63,723 nt of DNA from Bacteroidales bacterium (GTDB taxonomy: Bacteria > Bacteroidota > Bacteroidia > Bacteroidales > VadinHA17), in assembly GCA_012517605.1 (NCBI GenBank), contig JAAYUS010000132.1, positions 1-63,723 on the forward strand. Direction: 5' to 3'. Below are positions 57,083 to 63,547 of this stretch, one piece after another. The position numbers and the translations under genes are program-made. The notes beneath the pieces were generated by a model that did no database searches, was not told the origin of the DNA, and saw only the letters and a list, made by a program, of their open reading frames with translations. Every line of letters starts with the position of its first letter. Position 1 is the first letter of the stretch.

Positions 57083-57171
57083 GGAGAGATGGCAGAGTGG
57101 TCGAATGCGGCGGTCTCGAAAACCGTTGTCCGCCTTCCGGCGGACCGGGGGTTCGAATCCCCCTCTCTCCG
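57083..57171 (+). tRNA. tRNA-Ser (anticodon CGA)
   Basis: 89-nt class II tRNA. Acceptor GGAGAGA/TCTCTCC, anticodon stem GCGGT/ACCGT with loop CTCGAAA, long variable arm CCGCC-TTCC-GGCGG, T-arm GGGGG-TTCGAAT-CCCCC, discriminator G. Confidence 0.95.
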
Positions 57172-57186
57172 CAACTCAAAATCATT

Positions 57187-57216
57187 CCCATCTGCCAGCA
57201 GGCAGATGGGATTTTT
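57187..57216 (+). terminator. Rho-independent terminator after tRNA-Ser
   Basis: Perfect 10-bp stem CCCATCTGCC-AGCA-GGCAGATGGG followed by ATTTTT. A second long hairpin (GTTTTATGACTT...AAGTCATAAAAC) follows at 57217-57270. Confidence 0.8.
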
Positions 57217-57315
57217 GTTTTATGACTTTTCGATTGAGGCTCGCCTCAGAGAGAGAAGTCATAAAACAAAAATACCTTACGACAGAAAGGAGTAAGGGAA
57301 TGATTTTGAATTGCA

Positions 57316-57468
57316 GGGATCCCATCTCAGGGATCGCCGGAGGCAATCCATCAGCCATGCGCTGCATGAGCGAGGACAGATGTAAAATAAAAATCTAAGC
57401 GAGCGCAGCTCGCTGATGAGCAACTTGTCGTTGCTGGGATCTCCCAATGGGATCGCCGGAGGCAATCC
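57316..57468 (+). repeat. Direct repeat pair of a ~33-bp module (GGGATC..GGGATCGCCGGAGGCAATCC)
   Basis: Copies lie at 57316-57349 and 57436-57468. The 86-bp spacer contains the hairpin GCGAGC-GCA-GCTCGC. The GGGAT..GGCAATCC core recurs at 59877 and 62995. Confidence 0.8.
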
Positions 57469-57524
57469 TCCTCTGTTGTACCGGCCTCATTCTAAATTCA
57501 TGTACTCACCCCCCTGCCCCCATT

Positions 57525-58661
57525 TTATTTGCTGTAATTGTATTCAAGCCATCTTGAGAAAAAGACGTCATAGACCATCCATTTACCGTTTTCCCTGACA
57601 ATCATTTCTTTATCCTGAAGGGCGTTAAGTGAGGTACTTACAGAACTGGGACTGGTAAGATTATAATCTGCAATGAATTTTCCGGCAGTCGGATTTTTCA
57701 CCACGTTTTCTGAAGCAATTGCACTGAGCAGCCTGAACTGATGTGATGGCAGCAGATTCCGGTAGCTTATGTACTGATGTTCAAAATCGGTGAGTATCCT
57801 CAGGAAAACCTTTTTCAGATCAGGCAAATCTGTTTTCATGTCTCCCGACTCATAAATCAGGCTGCACACATACTGAACGTAATAGGTATGAAGCCTTGTC
57901 CATTCAAAGATACCGTCAATAGCCTCACCGGTAATTGTCCTGCCTGCTTTGATGAAATGGTCTTTTATGAATTCCCTGTAATCATTTTCATTTATCTGAT
58001 CAAGATACATAAGTTCAGAACTCTGATAGAAAGGTCTGCCTGCTGACAAAAACATGTTTTCAAGCATGTGCCTGCTGCTTCCTGAAAATATAAAAGGAAT
58101 TTCCGGATATGTCTGGATAACTGTGCGAAGCATCTGCTCTATATTCTTCTCTGGATACCGGCTTATCTGCTGAAACTCATTGAACATAAAGACAATATCC
58201 CTTTTTATGTCTGAAATCAGCAGGAGTAACTTATCAAATCCCGACTGAACTGTAGCCGGTGAATCAATTACAAGCTCCAGGGCTGGCTGACCTGTCAGTG
58301 AGTCGATAGTAAGTTTCGGACGCAATGAGCCAAGCGTTCCCAGGACTTTTTCGATGATATTCTTTTCATCCGTTTTTATCCTGAGCAGGGAAGTGGAAAC
58401 GGAATTCAGCAAATCATTCCCGTTCAATGTAGGAAGAAGATCAACATAGATTACCGAAACCGGATTCCCTGACTTCTCAAGCTTGTGCTTGACATGCTTT
58501 AAAAGTCCGGTTTTCCCCATTCTGCGAAGAGATATCAGAGTGATATTTCTTCCTGAGGCAATTGCTCTTAAGATTCTTTCAGTTTCATCTTTACGATCGC
58601 AGAAGAATTCAGGTCCCAGGTAGCCGGTTGTAACGAAGGGATTTGAGATTTTGCTCTTCAT
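57525..58661 (-). CDS. AAA-type ATPase of the Arch_ATPase (PF01637-like) + C-terminal DUF234/wHTH type
   Basis: F.DR..E...L, then P-loop-like LRRMGKTGLL, a Walker B-like IVFMFNEFQ, and a C-terminal winged-helix-like tail. First gene after tRNA-Ser. Confidence 0.7.
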   Translation of the reverse strand: MKSKISNPFVTTGYLGPEFFCDRKDETERILRAIASGRNITLISLRRMGKTGLLKHVKHKLEKSGNPVSVIYVDLLPTLNGNDLLNSVSTSLLRIKTDEKNIIEKVLGTLGSLRPKLTIDSLTGQPALELVIDSPATVQSGFDKLLLLISDIKRDIVFMFNEFQQISRYPEKNIEQMLRTVIQTYPEIPFIFSGSSRHMLENMFLSAGRPFYQSSELMYLDQINENDYREFIKDHFIKAGRTITGEAIDGIFEWTRLHTYYVQYVCSLIYESGDMKTDLPDLKKVFLRILTDFEHQYISYRNLLPSHQFRLLSAIASENVVKNPTAGKFIADYNLTSPSSVSTSLNALQDKEMIVRENGKWMVYDVFFSRWLEYNYSK

Positions 58662-58694
58662 ATTACGTATTTAACGTTACGCAATATACGTAAT
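58662..58694. promoter_or_regulatory. Operator-like nested palindrome abutting the ATPase start codon
   Basis: Perfect 9-bp inverted repeat ATTACGTAT (58662-58670) / ATACGTAAT (58686-58694). An inner palindrome TAACGTTA lies at 58672-58679. There are three ACGT cores. Confidence 0.4.
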
Positions 58695-58878
58695 ATTTCC
58701 GGTATTAGCAAATTTTTGTACCTCTGACACCTCACTCCTGACTCCTGACTCCTCACTCCCACTCACGACTCACCTCTTACGTCTCATATCCTGCATTCTG
58801 CTCTCCGCCCCCTGCCCCCTGCTCCCTTCTTCTTCCCCTGTGCCCTGAGCCCTGAGCTGATTTTAAAATCCCAAAGCC

Positions 58879-59118
58879 CCTGAAATAAGCGCTCAAAAAA
58901 ATGATGGTGTCCACTTCTGTCCACTTCTGGCAGATTCCGGCAGATCTTGGCAGATCTTGGCAGATTCTGTCAACTTTTTCCAGGCTTTTTCCTGTAATCA
59001 TATCAAGACAATTTTTGAACTTTATATGAAAGAATGTCTGATCTGTGGTTTTAAAGAGTTTTAAATTACCATAGGTTCAATATATCAGAATCAATGGATT
59101 CGATCAACAAAAATGCTG
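58879..59118 (+). repeat. Island repeat element, copy A (7 x 10-bp iterons at 58909-58978)
   Basis: Aligns with 60997-61186 and 63548-63723. It has a conserved left end CCTGAAATAAGCGCTCAAAAAAATGATGGTGTC, an iteron block, and a conserved right part ending ...GATTCGATCAACAAAAATGCTG. Confidence 0.9.
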
Positions 59119-59220
59119 GGACTGAGGGACGAAGAGACTTGGAGACGTTTGGATGTGAAATTCTTCGATCCTGAAGCCATGGCACTGGATACCTCGAGCT
59201 GCAAGCCGCACACAAGTAAT

Positions 59221-59456
59221 TTAAAACACGTCTGTGGCTTTGTCAATCAGGAATTCCTTTATTTCTTTATCGGGCACAGCCGGGACAAGAAATTCCACAG
59301 GTTCGGTATAATCGATGTCCTTATGAAAAGCCAGCTGCTGCCGTGACCTAAATGCAGTGCAACAGCCGTACCTCCAACCAGATAAAATGACCGGCTAAAA
59401 GCTTTCAGATAAGGCAGCAATTCAATCTGGCCGGGAGAAAATATTTCAATGTGCAT
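59221..59456 (-). pseudogene. Decayed AbiEii/AbiGii-family nucleotidyltransferase toxin gene (internal deletion and frameshift)
   Basis: The N-terminus MHIEIFSPGQIELLPYLKAFSRSFYLVGGTAVALHLGH is family-typical, but the expected R.S.D.D motif is missing. Another frame continues ..HKDIDYTEPVEFLVPAVPDKEIKEFLIDKATDVF* to 59221. Confidence 0.6.
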
Positions 59457-59727
59457 ATTTTCTGAATAGGTGGGTAAAAAAGTTAAGTGTCAGTTCATGG
59501 TAGTTCCCTTTTCGCCGGTTGCTGACAGCTGTAGAACTATAGAAGATATCCGCAACTTCGTTTATCCCCAATAAATTCAACAACCTTACCACAGCTTTCA
59601 TATCCCCGTAATTTAAAATAGTCTCAACCAGAACCTCTTTGCTTATTTCCTCTTTTTTGTCATCAGGAATGTGCCAGAAAAGACTGCTGTTTTCCCTGAT
59701 AAACTGTACTATTTCAGGATTGCTCAT
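59446..59727 (-). CDS. Small protein of the type encoded upstream of AbiEii-family NTases (putative antitoxin-like partner)
   Basis: LFWHIPDDKKEEISKEVLVETILNYGDMKAVVRLLNLLG matches the usual LFWD....ID...II.R.L..GD pattern of these partners. It overlaps the NTase remnant start by 11 nt. The ORF-track start at 59745 is TTG, so the ATG at 59727 is preferred. Confidence 0.55.
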   Translation of the reverse strand: MSNPEIVQFIRENSSLFWHIPDDKKEEISKEVLVETILNYGDMKAVVRLLNLLGINEVADIFYSSTAVSNRRKGNYHELTLNFFTHLFRKYAH

Positions 59728-59876
59728 GGGTTGTGGTTTATTCAAAGATAGGAAAAATTTTGGTGCTGGATTTCAGGTATTCGGTGGAAAACGGCTTCCC
59801 CCATGCTGTACAGCTCTGAAGGAGCGGCATGTTTGTAGTTAATGGGCGTATCATGGTTTTTGGAACTTCGTAGGTG

Positions 59877-59974
59877 CGGGATGTTTTTTGGCAATCCGGG
59901 ACCTTCGACACAGTCATTCCGAGTCCCGGAGATCAGGGAGTAAGATCCCCGATCGGGTTCCTACCGATCGGGGA
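59877..59974 (+). repeat. REP-like module (GGGATGTTTTTTGGCAATCC ... GTCATTCCGAGTCCCGG ... 12-bp-stem hairpin)
   Basis: GTCATTCCGAGTCCCGG lies at 59912-59928. A perfect hairpin ATCCCCGATCGG-GTTCCTA-CCGATCGGGGAT lies at 59944-59974. Related modules occur at 60843 and 62995. Confidence 0.8.
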
Positions 59975-60098
59975 TGATGTCATCGGTTTGAATGTTCTGA
60001 ATTGGAGTTGGCTCGCCGCCAAAGGCATGCTGCTCAACTTCATTGCGCTTCAGCGAGTAAAACAGGCTGCGAGCCTCCGTAACAGGCTGATAATAGAT

Positions 60099-60398
60099 CT
60101 ATATTTCAAGACCCGACTTACGGATTTCCTGAAGGAAACCACCCGGATCTTTTCCGTTTAAAAACAGGACAGGTTCAATCCTGTTATCAACTTTTTGTCT
60201 GAGTTTCCAAAGCAAAGGGGCGTAAGTAAAAAAATCACTTTCCAGTGAATTGACAATTATGGCAACATCTATATCGCTGTCATCTTTCTGTGTCCCTTTT
60301 GCATAAGAGCCGAAAAGTATTACCTGGTCAATGTCAAAATGCTCAGATACAATTGATTTATAAAGCCTCAGCTTTTCAATAACTTCTCTTTTACCCAT
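60099..60398 (-). CDS. Minimal nucleotidyltransferase (MNT), partner of the HEPN protein
   Basis: FGSYAKGTQKDDSDIDVAII (GS..G....SD.D signature), 99 aa. Overlaps the HEPN gene by 31 nt. Confidence 0.9.
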   Translation of the reverse strand: MGKREVIEKLRLYKSIVSEHFDIDQVILFGSYAKGTQKDDSDIDVAIIVNSLESDFFTYAPLLWKLRQKVDNRIEPVLFLNGKDPGGFLQEIRKSGLEI

Positions 60399-60763
60399 GT
60401 TTGAAGCTCTTTTGTTTTCTCAAGTAATTCCCTGCACCTTGATTTGGTCAGACTTTTAAGCAGCATTTCCTTATATGTAGGATATCTTGCTTCTATATTT
60501 AATGGTTCAAGCAAGTTTAACAAATCCCTGAATTCATGAGTAAGGAATTTATCAATCCCTGATTTTGCAGCAAGCAGTGAGAGATTATGGGAGTATGGCG
60601 GCAGTTCATCCATGGTTGAACAAAAATAGGCCTTGAATATTTTTTCGATTGTCTGGTGGCACATGAATCCCACATACAAAAACCTCCCGGACGACAGCAT
60701 AGCCTCTGCTGTCTCCAGATCATAGTCAGACAAATCTATCCAGTATCTGGTTTGATCCTTCAC
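60368..60763 (-). CDS. HEPN-domain protein (HEPN/MNT toxin-antitoxin type)
   Basis: HEPN-type helices: ..DL..AE.ML....Y..V.F.CHQ.IEK.FKA, then YSHNL. and IEARYP. The GTG start at 60763 lies 13 nt downstream of a TATATTTG (-7) box at 60777-60784 (minus strand). Confidence 0.85.
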   Translation of the reverse strand: MKDQTRYWIDLSDYDLETAEAMLSSGRFLYVGFMCHQTIEKIFKAYFCSTMDELPPYSHNLSLLAAKSGIDKFLTHEFRDLLNLLEPLNIEARYPTYKEMLLKSLTKSRCRELLEKTKELQTWVKEKLLKS

Positions 60764-60842
60764 GAGGCTGTTTTTACAAATATACGAATTAATCTAACAG
60801 TGACATTTGTTAACCGGTTCTTTAAGCAGGTTAGGGGAATTT

Positions 60843-60946
60843 GACAGTCATTCCGAGTCCCGGGCACCCGGGCTGCAAAATGTGCCATATGACCACTGTC
60901 ATGTCGAATCCCGGGGGCCCGGGGCGAAGGAATCCCGTCCCCCGAA
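60843..60946 (+). repeat. REP-like module with two diverged GTCAT(TC/GT)CGA(G/A)TCCCGGG units
   Basis: ACAGTCATTCCGAGTCCCGGGCACCCGGG at 60845 and ACTGTCATGTCGAATCCCGGGGGCCCGGGG at 60895. Confidence 0.8.
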
Positions 60947-60996
60947 ACAAATGCCGACAAAAAATTGGCCTTTTACTCAACCATTTCCGCCTTTTA

Positions 60997-61186
60997 CCTG
61001 AATTAAGCGCTCAAAAAAAATGATGGTGTCCACTTCTGTCAACTTCTGTCCACTTTTTCCTGACTTTTTCCTGCAATCATATCAAAACAATTGTTGAACT
61101 TTATATGAAAGAATGTCTGATCTGTGGTTTTAAGGAGATTTAAATTACCATATTAGAATCAATGGATTCGATCAACAAAAATGCTG
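60997..61186 (+). repeat. Island repeat element, copy B (3 x 10-bp iterons at 61028-61057)
   Basis: Same ends as copy A in the same orientation. Only GTCCACTTCT GTCAACTTCT GTCCACTTTT lie between the conserved arms. Confidence 0.9.
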
Positions 61187-61461
61187 AAAGAGAAGGGCAG
61201 CCTAAAAGCAGGGAGCAGGGAGCTTAGGGCAAGAAGCGCAGAGCGCAGAGCTCAGGGCAAAACCCGGGAAACTCTGCCCCTGCGAGGATTTCAAAATCTG
61301 CTTCGCCCCTTGCCCTGCGCTAGTGGCCCGGATCTTTCGCTGCAGGCCGGCTCCTCCCTAAAATTGCCCACCGGGCAATTTCCAAACGGTCGGCCCTTTA
61401 ACAGAAAGGAGGTGTACTGGCAAAGATAATGTTTTAACCGGATTGGCAGCCAGACAATAAT

Positions 61462-61719
61462 ATGAAAGCCGCAGCTAAAACAAATAAACTGATAGTTAAT
61501 AATTTAACACTTAATTTTATAAAAAAGCTTAATATACTTCAAATCAAAAAAGAAAGAATCATTTCAAATGATGAACTTAAGAAACTGAACGGGGGATATG
61601 ATGGTGAAGGATGTACCTGCTTATGTATTCCTGGAGGTTACCTGCCGTCTGCTACACGGGATTGTGGACCTGAATGTTATTATGCTTTTGGAACAACAGC
61701 CGGGTATTGTATTAATTAA
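61462..61719 (+). CDS. Bacteriocin/RiPP-like precursor peptide with a double-glycine leader and a six-Cys 40-aa core
   Basis: The leader ends ...ISNDELKKLNGG, a classic (L/I)S..EL..(I/L).GG motif. Core: YDGEGCTCLCIPGGYLPSATRDCGPECYYAFGTTAGYCIN. A hairpin GAGGCTG..CAGCCTC at 61758-61785 follows the stop. Confidence 0.65.
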   Translation: MKAAAKTNKLIVNNLTLNFIKKLNILQIKKERIISNDELKKLNGGYDGEGCTCLCIPGGYLPSATRDCGPECYYAFGTTAGYCIN

Positions 61720-61847
61720 CTAAAGAGAGTATAAGCATTCAGGCTCAAGTTACCAGAGAGGCTGTTTAGGTTAATAAGCAGCCTCATTTCAAATCTTAAA
61801 TGAGATATTTAAATTTGCATTAATTGCAGATGGCTACAACGCAGATA

Positions 61848-62981
61848 ATGAGAATTCCCTGTTTAGTAATGTTGGGTTTTATATTCTTGCTCAGCACTTG
61901 CAGATATGTGAAACAAGAAAACCCCACCTTACTTTATAATGTAGATGCGGAAAAAGACTTCGATAAACTTAGTATTATACCCTTAAGCGCCATTGGAAGC
62001 AAGTTGGAGTATGTTCCGCTTGAAACTGATTCAGCTTGTCTGCTGCATTCGATATCAAAGGTTTCACTTACAGATTCATTTTTATTTGTAAGTGATAATA
62101 ACCGGTTATTGCTTTTCGACAGAAAGGGGAAATTTATTAATCAGGTCGGATCTCAAGGCAGGGGCCCCGGGGAATATAACAGAATATTGGCTTTTACTAA
62201 TGACGTGAAAAACAGAGAAATATATTTGCTTTCTGACAGAAAGATACATGTCTATGATTTTAAAGGACAATTTATCCGGGAGTTTAATTTAACCTTCCCG
62301 AGCCAACAGATGCTGCTGACCGAAAACAATGACCTTATTCTTCATTCATATAACTTTCCTCAGGCAAGTGAAAAGCCCCCTTATAGCTGGTATATTATTG
62401 ACAGGTATGGGAAAACCCTTAAGGCTTTACCCAATACTTTAAAAAGATCAAATGGAGGAATTACCATTATTTTTACTCCATTATACATCTTTAGCGGTAA
62501 AATTCATTTTATGGAATTCGGGATTGATACATTGTATTGTTACCATAACGGTACTAAAATACCACATGTTATATTTCAGTATGATGAAGTCAAATTTCCC
62601 CCTGATCCGACCATTGATGAGGTTCCCGGATTACAGGGGAAGATTTGGATAAACAGTGTACTGGAATCCGAAAGTTCATTGTATATACAAACCTGGAGCG
62701 CTATTCCTTATTCCATATCAAACTGTTTTTTTGATAAAACGACACTGACATTTCACAGATTGACAGAAAATAGTTTTACCAATGATATTGACGGAGGAGA
62801 ATCATTTTGGCCGATGTCGATATTAAATGATAGTCTGCTGGTAGATGTTGTGGATGCATATGATCTTATTAAATCATATAATGAGCAGGTAAAAAGTGCA
62901 AAACAATCTGATCAATTAGCCAATCTAATAATTAGCCTCACCGAAACCTCAAATCCGGTAATTGTAATCTTGTATCCCTGA
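61848..62981 (+). CDS. 6-bladed beta-propeller lipoprotein (the Bacteroidota family often found next to small exported peptides)
   Basis: Lipobox FLLSTC. Family-typical ..YVPLETD...L......V......F.V.D....L..FD..GKF....G.QGRGPGEY. Repeated blade-like segments. The ORF-track start at 61824 is TTG. ATG candidates lie at 61830 and 61848. Confidence 0.7.
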   Translation: MRIPCLVMLGFIFLLSTCRYVKQENPTLLYNVDAEKDFDKLSIIPLSAIGSKLEYVPLETDSACLLHSISKVSLTDSFLFVSDNNRLLLFDRKGKFINQVGSQGRGPGEYNRILAFTNDVKNREIYLLSDRKIHVYDFKGQFIREFNLTFPSQQMLLTENNDLILHSYNFPQASEKPPYSWYIIDRYGKTLKALPNTLKRSNGGITIIFTPLYIFSGKIHFMEFGIDTLYCYHNGTKIPHVIFQYDEVKFPPDPTIDEVPGLQGKIWINSVLESESSLYIQTWSAIPYSISNCFFDKTTLTFHRLTENSFTNDIDGGESFWPMSILNDSLLVDVVDAYDLIKSYNEQVKSAKQSDQLANLIISLTETSNPVIVILYP

Positions 62982-62994
62982 AGTTTGAAAATGT

Positions 62995-63160
62995 GGGATG
63001 TTTTTAGGCAATCCTCAACCTTCATGAACCATGATTGCGGGTCCCTTTGATAAGGATACATTACAGCCATAAGGGCACCGTCATTCCGAGTCCCGCCTTG
63101 CGACCCCCGCCCCCTGCCCCCTGCCCTCCTCTGTGCCCTGCGCCCTGCGCTCCCTGCTTT
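62995..63160 (+). repeat. REP-like module (GGGATGTTTTTAGGCAATCC ... GTCATTCCGAGTCCCG) plus a pyrimidine-rich CCCCCTGCC/GCCCTGCGC simple sequence
   Basis: Same two cores as 59877-59928 but 65 bp apart. Followed by CCCCCGCCCCCTGCCCCCTGCCCTCCTCTGTGCCCTGCGCCCTGCGCTCCCTGC. Confidence 0.8.
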
Positions 63161-63239
63161 ATTAATGCCCTTTTTGATCCATCTGTTAAGGATGTATTTC
63201 AGGTTTTTGTCTGATCTTCCGGCAACTTTTGGAATATTT

Positions 63240-63283
63240 CCCCCTTTTTTTTTTTTGGGGGGGGGGGGGGGGGGGATTTTTTT
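63240..63283. repeat. Homopolymer block C5-T12-G19-A-T7
   Basis: Counted directly: C 63240-63244, T 63245-63256, G 63257-63275, A 63276, T 63277-63283. Lies about 70 nt upstream of the small ORF at 63351. Confidence 0.9.
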
Positions 63284-63350
63284 ACTATTTTTAACATTTG
63301 GAATTAGTGAGAGTCCGATAAGGCGGTTGGGTGAGGGTCTTTTAAATTTT

Positions 63351-63527
63351 ATGGCAATGAACATTAATCCGAAAATTGATGATCTTATTCTGGAGCCCAA
63401 GTATAGAAATATTGTAGCTTATGAATATGGAATTTCTTTGCGAACCCTTAACCGATGGATCAAAAAGGCCGGACTTGAAATTCCCAACGGATTGATTGAT
63501 TCCTATCATCTTAAAATAATTTATTGA
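63351..63527 (+). CDS. Small (58-aa) HTH-like protein
   Basis: ATG-started MAMNINPKIDDLILEPKYRNIVAYEYGISLRTLNRWIKKAGLEIPNGLIDSYHLKIIY. The segment VAYEYGISLRTLNRWIKKAG looks like a helix-turn-helix. The upstream part of the 63165 ORF is homopolymer translation. Confidence 0.45.
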   Translation: MAMNINPKIDDLILEPKYRNIVAYEYGISLRTLNRWIKKAGLEIPNGLIDSYHLKIIY

Positions 63528-63547
63528 GCATTTGACATCCCGAAACA

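Noticed and set aside
57089-57598. ORFs overlapping tRNA-Ser and the downstream repeats (57089-57295, 57105-57398, 57182-57367, 57277-57465, 57416-57598).
   Set aside because: They overlap a bona fide tRNA, its terminator and direct repeats. They have no coding signatures.
58777-59001. Minus-strand ORFs through the iteron elements (58777-59001 and 63342-63656).
   Set aside because: The three element copies differ by non-multiple-of-3 iteron numbers. Copy B has an in-frame stop after about 13 codons. No reading frame is conserved.
59113-59346. ORFs 59113-59346 and 61181-61429, both of which start at the conserved ATGCTG at the right end of repeat copies A and B.
   Set aside because: Their sequences diverge immediately after codon 2. 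One is antisense to the NTase remnant and the other translates a GC-rich simple sequence. The shared ATG is part of the noncoding repeat.
62912-63400. The 162-aa minus-strand ORF, and the 5' part of plus-strand ORF 63165-63527.
   Set aside because: Both run through the C5-T12-G19 block (PPPPPPKKKK / GGGGGG translations) and the GC-rich simple sequence. Only the ATG-started 3' portion (63351-63527) is retained as a weak CDS call.
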